The notes under the pieces were generated by a model that ran no database searches, was not told the origin of the DNA, and saw nothing but the letters and a program-made list of their open reading frames with translations. Both the position numbers and the translations under genes were made by a program. DNA of 63,633 bases from Planctomycetota bacterium (GTDB lineage Bacteria; Planctomycetota; MHYJ01; JACQXL01): the NCBI GenBank assembly GCA_040753835.1, contig JBFMDM010000001.1, positions 1 through 63,633 of the forward strand, in the 5' to 3' direction. This document shows, piece by piece, positions 18,099-27,062 of the stretch; within the stretch, counting starts at the first letter, position 1, and every line of letters begins with the position of its first letter.

Positions 18099-18274
18099 GA
18101 TACCGTCTCTATTGATAAGACCCGGCATCCCTTATATACTATATAGCCCAATAAGTTCATAAGAGACGGTGTTTGTATATATTTAAGATACCGCCTCTTT
18201 AGTAATAACCCGGCACCCCTTATCATCTATATGGAACTGTATGTTCATAAGGGACGGCTTGTGTAATGGCTTGA
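18099..18274. repeat. Two tandem ~88-bp diverged direct repeats in a convergent intergenic region
   Basis: Units start gataccg(t/c)ctct at 18099 and 18187. Shared blocks are acccggca.ccCttat, ctatat and gttcataag.gacgg. Unit 1 closes with the 9-bp stem ACCGTCTCT/AGAGACGGT. Confidence 0.7.
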
Positions 18275-18448
18275 GGTGCGGTATGTATAGATTAAGCGGG
18301 CTATCTCTAATGGCTTAAGGGGTGGGGGGAGAGCAGAGAGGCGGTGGGTATCTCCCCCCTGCCTGCATAAGGCATTGATGAATAAATAGTTATAAGAGGC
18401 AAAAATATGATTTTAGACCAAAAAACGCCTAAATTATTTAGAACTTAT

Positions 18449-19888
18449 TCATCTGACCTTTAATTCCCTTGCGGCCTTGACCTCATCCAGCCGGCCGACC
18501 GGCGTGGTGGTCGGGGCGGACTTGACTACATCCGGCATGGTCTCGGCCTCTTTGGCTATGGCAATCATTGCCTTGATGAATTCATCCAGGGTCTCTTTGC
18601 TCTCGGTCTCGGTCGGCTCTATCATCAATGCCTCGTGCACAATGAGCGGGAAATAGATGGTGGGCGGATGGAATCCATAGTCCAGCAGACGCTTGGCAAT
18701 GTCCAGGGTTCTGACCCCGAACTTTTTCATCTGAATCGTTGCGTCCAGCACACATTCGTGCATGCAGTGCTGGTCATACTGTAAATGGTAGTGTTGCTTT
18801 AATTGGGTCATGACGTAGTTGGCATTGAGGACCGCCATCTGGCTGGCTTTTTTGAGCCCGTCCGGCCCCATCATCCGGATATAAACATAAGCGCGGATGA
18901 TAACTGCGATATTGCCGAAGAATCCCTTGATTTGGCCGATGGATTCGGGCCGGTCATAGTCCAGCGAGTATTCGTCGTTATTCTTGACGACAATCGGCAC
19001 AGGCAGGTAGGGCGCGAGTTTGGCGCAGACCGCAATCGGGCCAGCGCCCGGGCCGCCGCAGCCGTGCGGCGTGGAAAAGGTCTTGTGCAGGTTAAAATGT
19101 AATACGTCAACGCAGACCAATGACGGCTTGGTGATGCCCATAATGGAGTTGAAATTGGCGCCGTCCATATAGATGAATCCGCCTCCAGCGTGGACGATTT
19201 GGCAGATTTCAGCGATGTGCTCGTCAAACAGTCCGAGCGTATTGGGGATGGTCAGCATCAGGGCCGCCACCTCGTTGGTCATCTTGGCCTTGAGGTCCGG
19301 AATATCCACGTTGCCGTGGCTGTCGGACTTGACCTCAACGGCCTTAAATCCGCAGAGCGCGCCGGATGCCGGGTTGGTGCCGTGCGCCGAGTCCGGAATC
19401 AACACTTTGGTTTTTTTCTCATTATGTTTCTTAAAGTATTGATGGATTACTTTCAACCCTGTGAATTCGCCGTGCGCGCCGGCCGCGGGCGCCAACGTCA
19501 CGCCTTCCAGGCCGGAGATTTCCTTGAGGAACTCGGCCGTTTCGTACATCAGTCGCAGGGTGCCCTGGACCGCGCCTTCGGGCTGGTAGGGATGCAGGTT
19601 GGCGAATTCGCTCAGGCCGCTCAGGGTCTCGTTGACTTTGGGGTTGTATTTCATCGTGCAGGAACCGAGCGGATAGAAGCCGGAATCCACGCCGAAGTTC
19701 TTTTTGGAGAGATTGGTATAATGGCGCACCAGGGTGAGCTCGTCCACCTCAGGCAGTTCAGCCGGGGCCGGCCTTAAGGCGGCCGGCGGCAATAGTTTAT
19801 TGATTTCCTGGGCTGGGACATCCAGGGCCGGCAAAGAACAGGCGCTCCGGCCGGGCTTGGATTCCTCAAATATCAGTTTGTCGTTCAT
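18449..19888 (-). CDS. gcvPB: Glycine dehydrogenase (decarboxylating) subunit 2
   Basis: MNDKLIFEESKPGR..., GSCTMKYNP, the PLP region NLHKTFSTPHGGGGPG-like (HKTFSTPHGCGGPGAGP). Confidence 0.9.
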   Translation of the reverse strand: MNDKLIFEESKPGRSACSLPALDVPAQEINKLLPPAALRPAPAELPEVDELTLVRHYTNLSKKNFGVDSGFYPLGSCTMKYNPKVNETLSGLSEFANLHPYQPEGAVQGTLRLMYETAEFLKEISGLEGVTLAPAAGAHGEFTGLKVIHQYFKKHNEKKTKVLIPDSAHGTNPASGALCGFKAVEVKSDSHGNVDIPDLKAKMTNEVAALMLTIPNTLGLFDEHIAEICQIVHAGGGFIYMDGANFNSIMGITKPSLVCVDVLHFNLHKTFSTPHGCGGPGAGPIAVCAKLAPYLPVPIVVKNNDEYSLDYDRPESIGQIKGFFGNIAVIIRAYVYIRMMGPDGLKKASQMAVLNANYVMTQLKQHYHLQYDQHCMHECVLDATIQMKKFGVRTLDIAKRLLDYGFHPPTIYFPLIVHEALMIEPTETESKETLDEFIKAMIAIAKEAETMPDVVKSAPTTTPVGRLDEVKAARELKVR

Positions 19889-19965
19889 AACACAACTACT
19901 ACGAATTACGAATCTGCGAATTACGAACACCGCAGTGACCGCGATAGCGAATTCGTCATTCGGAT

Positions 19966-21369
19966 TTAGACATTCTTTAATAAGATTGTCAGGTTATCTA
20001 TTTCTTCTTTCGTGTTCATCTCCGTCACGCACAGGAGCATCGCATTCTTTAGTTTGGGATAGAATCTCTTAAGCGCCAGGCCGCCGATGATGCCGGCTTT
20101 CAGGAGTTTCTTGTTTATCTGTTCAGGATTCTTGGGGCATTCTATTACGAACTCGTTGAAGAATGGCCCGTTAAATGCGAGTTTGAATCCCGGGATTTTG
20201 GATATTTGGTCGGCCGCATAATGCGCCTTTTGAAGGCACAAGGTGGCCACTTGCTTTATGCCCTCTTTGCCCACGGCCGCCAGGTATATGGCGGTCCGGA
20301 TGGCGCAGAGCGCCTGGTTGGAGCAGATATTGGAGGTGGCCTTTTCCCGGCGGATGTGCTGTTCGCGCGTGGACAGGGTCAGGACAAACCCGCGTCTGCC
20401 CTTGTTGTCCACGGTCTCGCCCACAATCCGGCCGGGCATCTTGCGGATATGCGCCATTTTGGCGGCCATAAACCCGAGATGCGGGCCGCCGAAGGACATC
20501 CGGTTACCCAATGATTGTGCATCGCCCACAACTATATCCGCTCCGTATCCGCCTGACCCATCCAGTCGGGCAGGTTCTCCGGGCGGTTTCAGCAGTCCCA
20601 GGGAAATCGGATTGACCACGTTGATGAGCATAACACCTTCGTATTTGCGCACGAGTTTGGCGATTTGGTCAACCGGCTCTACGATGCCGAAGAAATTCGG
20701 GGATTGGTAAGCCACGCAGGCAACGTTTCCGTCCAGTTTCTTTTCCAGCGCCTCCAATGAGGTCGCGCCATCAGCGAAATCTATTTCTATGATTTTGATA
20801 TTTAAATCCTCAAGCCAAGTCCGGACCACAGCCCGGTATTCCGGATGGATGGACTTGGAGAGGATGACCTTCCCGCCCGAACGACCGGCGTCGTCCGGTC
20901 GGGCGGGTTTCTTGTCGGTGGTATGAAGCGCCATCAGGACGGCCTCGGCCAGGGCCGTGGCGCCGTCGTAAAGCGAGGCGTTGGAGACCTCCATGCCGGT
21001 CAATTCGCACATCATTGTCTGGTATTCAAAGATGGTGGTCAGCGCGCCCTGGCTGGTCTCGGGCTGGTACGGGGTGTAGGCGGTATAGAATTCGCTCCGG
21101 GCGGCCAGGTGGTCCACCACGGCCGGCACGAAGTGGTTGTAACATCCCGCGCCCAGGAAAGACGTTGTTTTGGCGGCATCGGTGTTTTGTGCGGCCAATT
21201 CCGAGAGGAGTTTGGTCGCCTCCGGCTCGCTTAAGGCCTTGGGCAGATTAAGCGGCTGATTGAGGCGCAGTTGCGTCGGGATGCTCTTAAAAAGTTCGTC
21301 AATATTGGCGGCTCCGCTGGCTTTGAGCATCTCGCGGATGTCGGACTCTGTATGAGGGATATATGGCAT
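19966..21369 (-). CDS. gcvPA: Glycine dehydrogenase (decarboxylating) subunit 1, with two in-frame palindrome insertions
   Basis: MPYIPHTESDIREML..., FLGAGCYNH, YTPYQPE.SQG and TREQHIRREKATSNICSNQAL. Confidence 0.9.
   Translation of the reverse strand: MPYIPHTESDIREMLKASGAANIDELFKSIPTQLRLNQPLNLPKALSEPEATKLLSELAAQNTDAAKTTSFLGAGCYNHFVPAVVDHLAARSEFYTAYTPYQPETSQGALTTIFEYQTMMCELTGMEVSNASLYDGATALAEAVLMALHTTDKKPARPDDAGRSGGKVILSKSIHPEYRAVVRTWLEDLNIKIIEIDFADGATSLEALEKKLDGNVACVAYQSPNFFGIVEPVDQIAKLVRKYEGVMLINVVNPISLGLLKPPGEPARLDGSGGYGADIVVGDAQSLGNRMSFGGPHLGFMAAKMAHIRKMPGRIVGETVDNKGRRGFVLTLSTREQHIRREKATSNICSNQALCAIRTAIYLAAVGKEGIKQVATLCLQKAHYAADQISKIPGFKLAFNGPFFNEFVIECPKNPEQINKKLLKAGIIGGLALKRFYPKLKNAMLLCVTEMNTKEEIDNLTILLKNV
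20872..20907. repeat. In-frame GC-rich palindrome inside gcvPA
   Basis: cccgcccgaacgaccggcgtcgtccggtcgggcggg is read as KPARPDDAGRSGG. A degenerate second copy lies at ~20551-20575 (EPARLDGSGG). Confidence 0.8.
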
Positions 21370-21387
21370 AGCAATTGGGTTCTTAAC

Positions 21388-21686
21388 CCGCATTATTCAT
21401 AAATTTTTATACAATTATGTTGAAAGCCATTCCATAGTTGTTATATGGTGCGGGTAATCCAGCACATAACCTCTACTGCTTGCCCCGCACATAAGGTTTA
21501 TTAAGCATTTATGATGGCTAATAAATAACTTCCTCAAATCATCTGCATAATTGGTCATACAAATATTATGTGCGGGGTGAAGGCTACCCAAGTTGAAGGT
21601 TATGTGCTGGGCTACTTTATTGTATAGGCACAAACATCTAATACACTTTGTTACCATTTTTAGCATTGTATGAATAATCCAGATTA
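21388..21686. repeat. ~300-bp composite repeat (termini GCATTATTCATA.../...TATGAATAATCCAGATTA) between gcvPA and gcvH, with nested elements
   Basis: It shares its ends with 45075-45293 and 46002-46209. It contains the hairpin element 21459-21610 (CCAGCACATAAC.../...GTTATGTGCTGG), which is itself split by the 95-bp MITE at 21483-21577. Confidence 0.8.
21483..21577. mobile_element. 95-bp CACATAA-MITE copy nested in another repeat
   Basis: Termini are ccccgcacataa and ttatgtgcgggg. The interior matches 11929-12023 with few substitutions. Confidence 0.85.
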
Positions 21687-22076
21687 GTGGCCCGCGGATT
21701 CCGTCTCGCAGAGTTTCTCATACGCCTCCTTGGTCAGGAGGTTCTTGAGTTCTGCGCTGTCGGACAATTTAATCTTAACCATCCATCCGGCATTGAAAGG
21801 GTCGGTGCTGACCAGGTTAAGGTTGGAGGTAATCGGGTCATTGGCTTCAACAACCTCGCCGCTTAAGGGGCTGTTGATGTCCACCACGGTCTTGACCGAT
21901 TCTATTTCGCCCATCGGCTCGCCCTGCTTTACGGTTGATTTCACCTTGGGCAGGTTGATGAAAATCAGGTCGCTCAACTGCTGGGCCGCGAAGTCCGTGA
22001 TGCCGATGGTGGCGACGTGGCCTTCCACGTTGGCCCATTCATGCGTCTGCGAGAAATATAACTCTGCCATATACAC
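21684..22076 (-). CDS. gcvH: Glycine cleavage system H protein
   Basis: YFSQTHEWANVEG..ATIGITDFAAQQL and the lipoyl-Lys motif GEIESVKTVVDI. Confidence 0.9.
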   Translation of the reverse strand: MYMAELYFSQTHEWANVEGHVATIGITDFAAQQLSDLIFINLPKVKSTVKQGEPMGEIESVKTVVDINSPLSGEVVEANDPITSNLNLVSTDPFNAGWMVKIKLSDSAELKNLLTKEAYEKLCETESAGH

Positions 22077-22320
22077 CTTGCTTTCTATAAAACAAACTTC
22101 TGCTACAAAGGCGCTAAGGCACGAAAACCACGAAGTGACCGCGTCCAGCGAACTCTGCCCGCCCGAAGGCGAGGTCTCGCCAAAGGCGGACAGAGATCCC
22201 AGCCGGGAACGGGGCGGGCGCTATAGCGAATTTCTTGGTGTCTTCGTGTCTTGGCGGCTAAATTATAATACGTTAATAAAAAGGGCAAATAAATTCGGAT
22301 AAAATTATGAAAAGGGTTGA

Positions 22321-22440
22321 CCCCGTTAGAAGCATTTGGTTTAATATTTAGCATAAAAGTGTATATTAATAATTGACACAAAAGCGGGGTAAGGGTTTAA
22401 TGATACGGCGGCGCCAAGATGCCGCCTGCTTCTAACGGGG
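22321..22440. repeat. ~120-bp element with 14-bp inverted termini CCCCGTTAGAAGCA
   Basis: ccccgttagaagca (22321-22334) pairs with tgcttctaacgggg (22427-22440). The termini are related to those of 6312-6392. Confidence 0.6.
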
Positions 22441-22505
22441 TTGACCCCGCAGCGCCTAATCAAGCGGGGAAACAGTTAAAACTCTTACTTTACGGAGGTG
22501 TATAT

Positions 22506-23654
22506 ATGAGAAAAATCACATTATTGTTAGTCCTGTGTCTTCTCGGCGCATCGCTGTTGCCCGGCAATGTTTATTCCCAGGGGTTCAAGCCGCCTGCAGG
22601 CGGCGGGGGCGACGGCTCGCCGATAAACAGGAACACCTTTATCCAGATAGCCCAAAAGGTATCCCCGTCCGTGGTAAACGTATTTAATTTTATAGAATAC
22701 GGCGCCTTTAAGACGCGTGTCAAGGCCTCGCTGGGCACCGGTTTTATTATTGACGCCAAAAAAGGCATTGTCCTGACCAATCACCATGTTGTAGAAGGCG
22801 CAAAGGAAATGATGGTGGCGTTGCAGGATAAGAGGGTTCTCAAGACGAAGATACTCGGGAGCGACCCGATGTACGACGTTGCGGTGCTGGAAATACAGAA
22901 CCCGCCGGCCGACCTCAAACAGGCCAACGTGGGAAATTCGGACAAACTGGCCCAGGGTGAATTTATTATCGCTATCGGCCAGCCGCGCGGCTATGAATAT
23001 ACTGTCACTACCGGCATTATCTGCGGGTTCGGAAGGGAAATAAGAATCGGGAAAACCCAGTGGTCCACGGTGGAATACTCCCCGTCTTATTTGCAGATAG
23101 ACGCCATAATAGACGCCGGAAACAGCGGCGGTCCGCTCTTTAACCTGAACAGCGAGGTGGTGGGAATCAATACGGTCGGCTTTTATAAATACGGCGGGTC
23201 TATACCGATAAATACGGCGATACAGGTGAAAGACGAAATTATAAAAAACGGGCGGGTCATCAGGGCATATATGGGCATACAGGGCAGCGATTTTAACGAC
23301 GAACTTGCCTGGGGGTTTCAGGTCACCATTGAGGATTTGGTAAAGGACCTGGGATTGAAGGCGCCCAGGGGCGTTTTCATCAGAGGAAGCGAAGAGGGGT
23401 CTCCGGCCGGGGAAATCGGACTGGCCGAATCGGATGTGCTGGTTGAATTAGCCGACAAAAAAGTGGACAATCTGAACGACTATCGCGCTATAATCAAAAA
23501 CCTGAAGCCCGAAACGGAAATCAAGGTAAAATATATCCGCAAGGGTAAGGAAGAGGTGGCGACAGTAAAATTGGCGGAAATGAAAATCGGCAAAAAGCCC
23601 GGCGATAAACAACCCTCGGGCGAAGGCGACGAAGGCGAGGATGGCGAGCAATAA
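22506..23654 (+). CDS. HtrA/DegP-family serine protease with one PDZ domain
   Basis: SD GGAGG, signal peptide MRKITLLLVLCLLGASLL, catalytic motifs TNHHVV, DVAVL and GNSGGPL. Confidence 0.85.
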   Translation: MRKITLLLVLCLLGASLLPGNVYSQGFKPPAGGGGDGSPINRNTFIQIAQKVSPSVVNVFNFIEYGAFKTRVKASLGTGFIIDAKKGIVLTNHHVVEGAKEMMVALQDKRVLKTKILGSDPMYDVAVLEIQNPPADLKQANVGNSDKLAQGEFIIAIGQPRGYEYTVTTGIICGFGREIRIGKTQWSTVEYSPSYLQIDAIIDAGNSGGPLFNLNSEVVGINTVGFYKYGGSIPINTAIQVKDEIIKNGRVIRAYMGIQGSDFNDELAWGFQVTIEDLVKDLGLKAPRGVFIRGSEEGSPAGEIGLAESDVLVELADKKVDNLNDYRAIIKNLKPETEIKVKYIRKGKEEVATVKLAEMKIGKKPGDKQPSGEGDEGEDGEQ

Positions 23655-23675
23655 CAACAGGAGGTATTCATTATT

Positions 23676-25532
23676 ATGGAAAACATCATATTCTGCGGCG
23701 GATGCGGGACTTTTATCTCGGCGGCTGATATTTCAGCCGGCAAGGCATCCAAGATAAACAATATCTATTATTGCCAAAAATGTTCCACTGGCGCCCAGGC
23801 CCGGCCGGCCCAAGCCAGACCGCCGGCCCCTGCCGCAAGGCCGGCCCAGCCAGCCACGGCGCGGCCGGCTGCAATGCCGCCATTAGAGCGAGCCTCGCCT
23901 TCGGGCAGGCCGCCTCAGCAGAGACCGGCGCCCAAGCCGACTGTGCCTGTTGCACGACCCGTAGCGCCTGGCACACCGGCGGCAATGCCAGTTTCTCCGG
24001 TCCAAGCGCAAAGACCAGCGGCGCCAAGACCGGTTGCGCCCGCAAGGCAATTGGATGAGACGGTCGCCATCAACCAGCCCGCTCGGCCGTCCGCTCCGCC
24101 TTCCCGCTCTGGTGGGGTAGCGCGGCCCGCTGTGCCGCAGCAGAAAACCCAGAAGGTAATGCCTTCTACGCCGCCCAGGGTATCCCAGACCTCGCGTATC
24201 AGACAGCCCCCCGCCCCTGCGGGCGAGGCTCGCCCTTTAGGGCGGCAAGTTACCGCGGATACAGGCGGCGATGATATTGAGATTTTGGACGACGCCTCAT
24301 CCCGCAGGTTCGGCAAGGCAAAGACAGGCAAGGGCGGAAATAAGAAAATCTACCTGATTGCCGGAGCGGCCGCGGTTGTAATCATAGGCATTATTATCTG
24401 GTCGGTGTTGAGCGGTATGGCAACGGCGGCCAGGGAAAAAGAGGAGGCCGCGCGCCAGGCAAAACTCAAAAAGCAGTTTAACGCCATAGAAGAGGTTGAA
24501 AAGGACTTTGCGGACGACCCGCAGAAAATTATTGACAAGATAAAGGAACTGTCCGGCGAACTAAAAGGCACCAAATACGAGGATGAGATAAAGAAAAAGG
24601 AGGAAAACGCAAAGGCCCTGATAGAAATACTGGATAAGATAAATGAACTGGAAAAGCCGGTGGAAACAGCCGAGGAGGTTGACCAAAGGATAAAGGACAT
24701 TAGCAAACTTAAGAGCAATCCGGCCGCGGCAACCAGCAAGACGGCCGACAATAAACTCAGGGAATTGCTCAATGACTTCAGGAAAAAGCAGAAAAAGTTA
24801 GCCGAAGAGGAAAAGAAGGCGCACGAGGCGCAGGAGGCCGCGGAGAAAAAGGCCTACGAGGATTTCAAGGCAAAGATAGAACTCCTGAGAAACAGGCGGG
24901 ACTGGAAGGAGATGCTCAGGGAATGCGACATCCTTCTCGGGCGTCCCAACGGCCTGCAATACCAGGAGGAGGCGGATAAAATCAAGGAGGAGGCCAAGGC
25001 GGCGCTGGAAGAAGACCAGGAAAAGGCCAGGAAGCGCAAGGAATGGCAGGTCCTTAACGACGATATATCAAAATGGGACAGGTCCGGAGATTCCAAGGCG
25101 GAGATTTACGTGGACGAGGACAAGATACTCCTGAAGAACACGGCTTCGGCCGGCAACCGGGGCGCCGTTGCCAGCATTGCCAATAACAACGAGGGCGAGG
25201 GCTGGCAGGATTTTACGATGACCCTGGAATTCAAGGTGGTGAAGGGTTCTTTTGAAATGTTCCTGCGGGGCGGATTCCAGTCCTTTAATGTTCCGGGGCT
25301 TGGAAACTTTAGCGTCTTCAGCGGCATTCCCATTCCCTTCCCGAGGAAATTCAAGGACGAGTGGCAGAAATACACCATAGAACTGAAGGGCAAGAAACTG
25401 ACCATCAGCGGGACCGGCCTGAACGAACCCAAGGTGAGCGATGTCCCCGAGGGAAAGGGCGGAATCGGCATCAACGTAAAGGGCGGCGATGAAATAATCG
25501 TGAAAGAACTGAAAGTGAAGGTGATAGAATAA
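23676..25532 (+). CDS. Zinc-ribbon / Pro-Ala-rich / single-TM / coiled-coil protein with C-terminal DUF1080-like (LamG jelly-roll) domain
   Basis: CGGCG...CQKC ribbon, a long P/A-rich tract, TM IYLIAGAAAVVIIGIIIWSVL, a K/E-rich coiled coil, and C-terminal WQDFTMTLEFKV...KELKVKVIE. Confidence 0.7.
   Translation: MENIIFCGGCGTFISAADISAGKASKINNIYYCQKCSTGAQARPAQARPPAPAARPAQPATARPAAMPPLERASPSGRPPQQRPAPKPTVPVARPVAPGTPAAMPVSPVQAQRPAAPRPVAPARQLDETVAINQPARPSAPPSRSGGVARPAVPQQKTQKVMPSTPPRVSQTSRIRQPPAPAGEARPLGRQVTADTGGDDIEILDDASSRRFGKAKTGKGGNKKIYLIAGAAAVVIIGIIIWSVLSGMATAAREKEEAARQAKLKKQFNAIEEVEKDFADDPQKIIDKIKELSGELKGTKYEDEIKKKEENAKALIEILDKINELEKPVETAEEVDQRIKDISKLKSNPAAATSKTADNKLRELLNDFRKKQKKLAEEEKKAHEAQEAAEKKAYEDFKAKIELLRNRRDWKEMLRECDILLGRPNGLQYQEEADKIKEEAKAALEEDQEKARKRKEWQVLNDDISKWDRSGDSKAEIYVDEDKILLKNTASAGNRGAVASIANNNEGEGWQDFTMTLEFKVVKGSFEMFLRGGFQSFNVPGLGNFSVFSGIPIPFPRKFKDEWQKYTIELKGKKLTISGTGLNEPKVSDVPEGKGGIGINVKGGDEIIVKELKVKVIE
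24211..24245. repeat. In-frame string of three mini-hairpins (GCCC..GGGC, GCGAG.CTCGC, CGCCC..GGGCG)
   Basis: ccgcccctgcgggcgaggctcgccctttagggcgg is read as PAPAGEARPLGR. The same modules are intergenic at ~2318-2349, 22150-22190 and 61845-61900. Confidence 0.65.
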
Positions 25533-25534
25533 CT

Positions 25535-25876
25535 ATGAGCGACGCAATAAAAGAGGTGACAGACGGGGTATTTGAAAGCGAGGTATTGAAATCAGGCAGT
25601 CCGGTGCTGGTGGATTTCTGGGCGCCCTGGTGCGGGCCCTGCCGGATGCTCTCACCCATCCTGGCAAAACTCGCATCCCAATACCAGGAAAAACTAAAGG
25701 TGGTAAAACTGAATACGGACGACAATCCTGAAACGGCCACTACCTACAATATCTCGGCCATTCCCACCCTGCTTCTCTTCAAGGGCGGGCAGATTGTCAA
25801 TCAGGTTGTCGGCATAAAACCGCCTGAAGAGTTGAAAAAGATAATAGACGCCGTCGTCCATAGCGATCTCCAGTAA
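25535..25876 (+). CDS. trxA: Thioredoxin
   Basis: VLVDFWAPWCGPCRM active site; 113 aa. Confidence 0.95.
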   Translation: MSDAIKEVTDGVFESEVLKSGSPVLVDFWAPWCGPCRMLSPILAKLASQYQEKLKVVKLNTDDNPETATTYNISAIPTLLLFKGGQIVNQVVGIKPPEELKKIIDAVVHSDLQ

Positions 25877-25955
25877 AACCACGTCTGCTCTATAGCAATT
25901 CTGTAGAGAGAAGCGAAAAAGAGGAGATGACTATGGCGTCGGACGACGAAGCAGT

Positions 25956-26921
25956 ATGAAATACCTGATAACAGGCGGCGCCGGATTTATCGGCTCGCAC
26001 CTGGCCGAGGCCATCCTTAAGCAAAACGACGAGGTCTGGATTGTTGACAACCTTTCCACGGGCAGTATCAACAACATAGAGCGCCTCAAGGCCAATCCCA
26101 AGTTCCACTATATCATAGACACCATCTTCAACGAGCCGCTCCTGGCCGAGATGATAGACAACTGCGATATCGTGTTCCATATGGCCGCGGCCGTGGGCGT
26201 CCGGCTTATCGTGGAAAGCCCGGTCAACACCATTGAAACCAATATCAGCGGGACCGAGAGCGTGCTCAAACTGGCCAACAAGAAGAACAAGACCGTCCTG
26301 ATTGCCTCCAGTTCCGAGGTCTACGGCAAGAGCAGCAAAATCCCGTTCAGCGAGGAAGACGATATGATAATGGGGCCGACCGTGAAGTCGCGCTGGAGTT
26401 ACGCCTGCTCCAAGGCGATAGACGAATTCCTGGCCCTGGCCTACTGGCGCGAGAAGAAACTGCCGGCCGTTGTGGTCCGGCTCTTTAATACGGTGGGCCC
26501 GCGGCAGTCCGGCCGGTACGGGATGGTGATTCCGAGATTTGTCCAGCAGGCCCTCACCGGGGAGCCATTCACCGTTTACGGAACCGGCAAGCAGTCGCGT
26601 TGTTTTACCGATGTGAGCGACGTGGTCGGCGCACTGATAAAGGTGGTCAACCATCCCAAGGCAATCGGCGAGGTGTTCAATATCGGCAGCAACCAGGAAA
26701 TCACCATTGAGGACTTGGCCAAGAAGGTAAAAGAGAAGACCAAAAGCGCATCAAAGATAAAATATGTGCCTTATGACGAGGCATACGAAAGCGGGTTTGA
26801 GGATATGCTCAGGCGCGTGCCGGATTTGTCCAAGATAGAAAAACTCATCGGTTACAAACCGACCCAAAGCATTGACCAAATCCTGGACCGGATAATCGGA
26901 TATTTCAAGGCGCAGAAATAG
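25956..26921 (+). CDS. NAD-dependent nucleotide-sugar epimerase/dehydratase (extended SDR)
   Basis: ITGGAGFIGSHL, the SSSEVYG motif, and the YACSK catalytic Y-x3-K. Confidence 0.85.
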   Translation: MKYLITGGAGFIGSHLAEAILKQNDEVWIVDNLSTGSINNIERLKANPKFHYIIDTIFNEPLLAEMIDNCDIVFHMAAAVGVRLIVESPVNTIETNISGTESVLKLANKKNKTVLIASSSEVYGKSSKIPFSEEDDMIMGPTVKSRWSYACSKAIDEFLALAYWREKKLPAVVVRLFNTVGPRQSGRYGMVIPRFVQQALTGEPFTVYGTGKQSRCFTDVSDVVGALIKVVNHPKAIGEVFNIGSNQEITIEDLAKKVKEKTKSASKIKYVPYDEAYESGFEDMLRRVPDLSKIEKLIGYKPTQSIDQILDRIIGYFKAQK

Positions 26922-27062
26922 CGGACGGCTAACGGCGTCCCACAGGTAGTATAAAACACGAATCGCACGAATAGGAGCAAATGATACGAATAATTATTCG
27001 CCAGATTCGTTATCATTCGTCCTATTCGTGTTTCTCAGTTCTTCCGTCCCTCAGTTTCTCCG

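Noticed and set aside
19190-19777. A 195-aa plus-strand ORF and similar ORFs inside gcvPB/gcvPA (e.g. 20243-20710, 20845-21234).
   Set aside because: They are antisense to strongly conserved glycine dehydrogenase subunits and show shadow-ORF composition.
21415-21666. An 83-aa minus-strand ORF between gcvPA and gcvH.
   Set aside because: It lies wholly inside the nested repeat elements. Equivalent repeat copies elsewhere do not preserve the reading frame.
22077-22420. A glycine riboswitch upstream of gcvH.
   Set aside because: I looked on the minus strand for the tandem GGAGAG...ACCGAAGGGGCAA-type aptamer cores and did not find them. The region is filled with the same hairpin modules (gcccgaaggcgaggtctcgccaaaggcgg) and a CCCCGTTAGAAGCA element seen elsewhere. 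A covariance-model scan would be needed to exclude a divergent aptamer.
25890-26654. A 254-aa minus-strand ORF opposite the epimerase/dehydratase gene.
   Set aside because: The plus-strand frame carries unmistakable SDR motifs (GGAGFIGSH, YACSK). The antisense ORF has none and lacks an SD.
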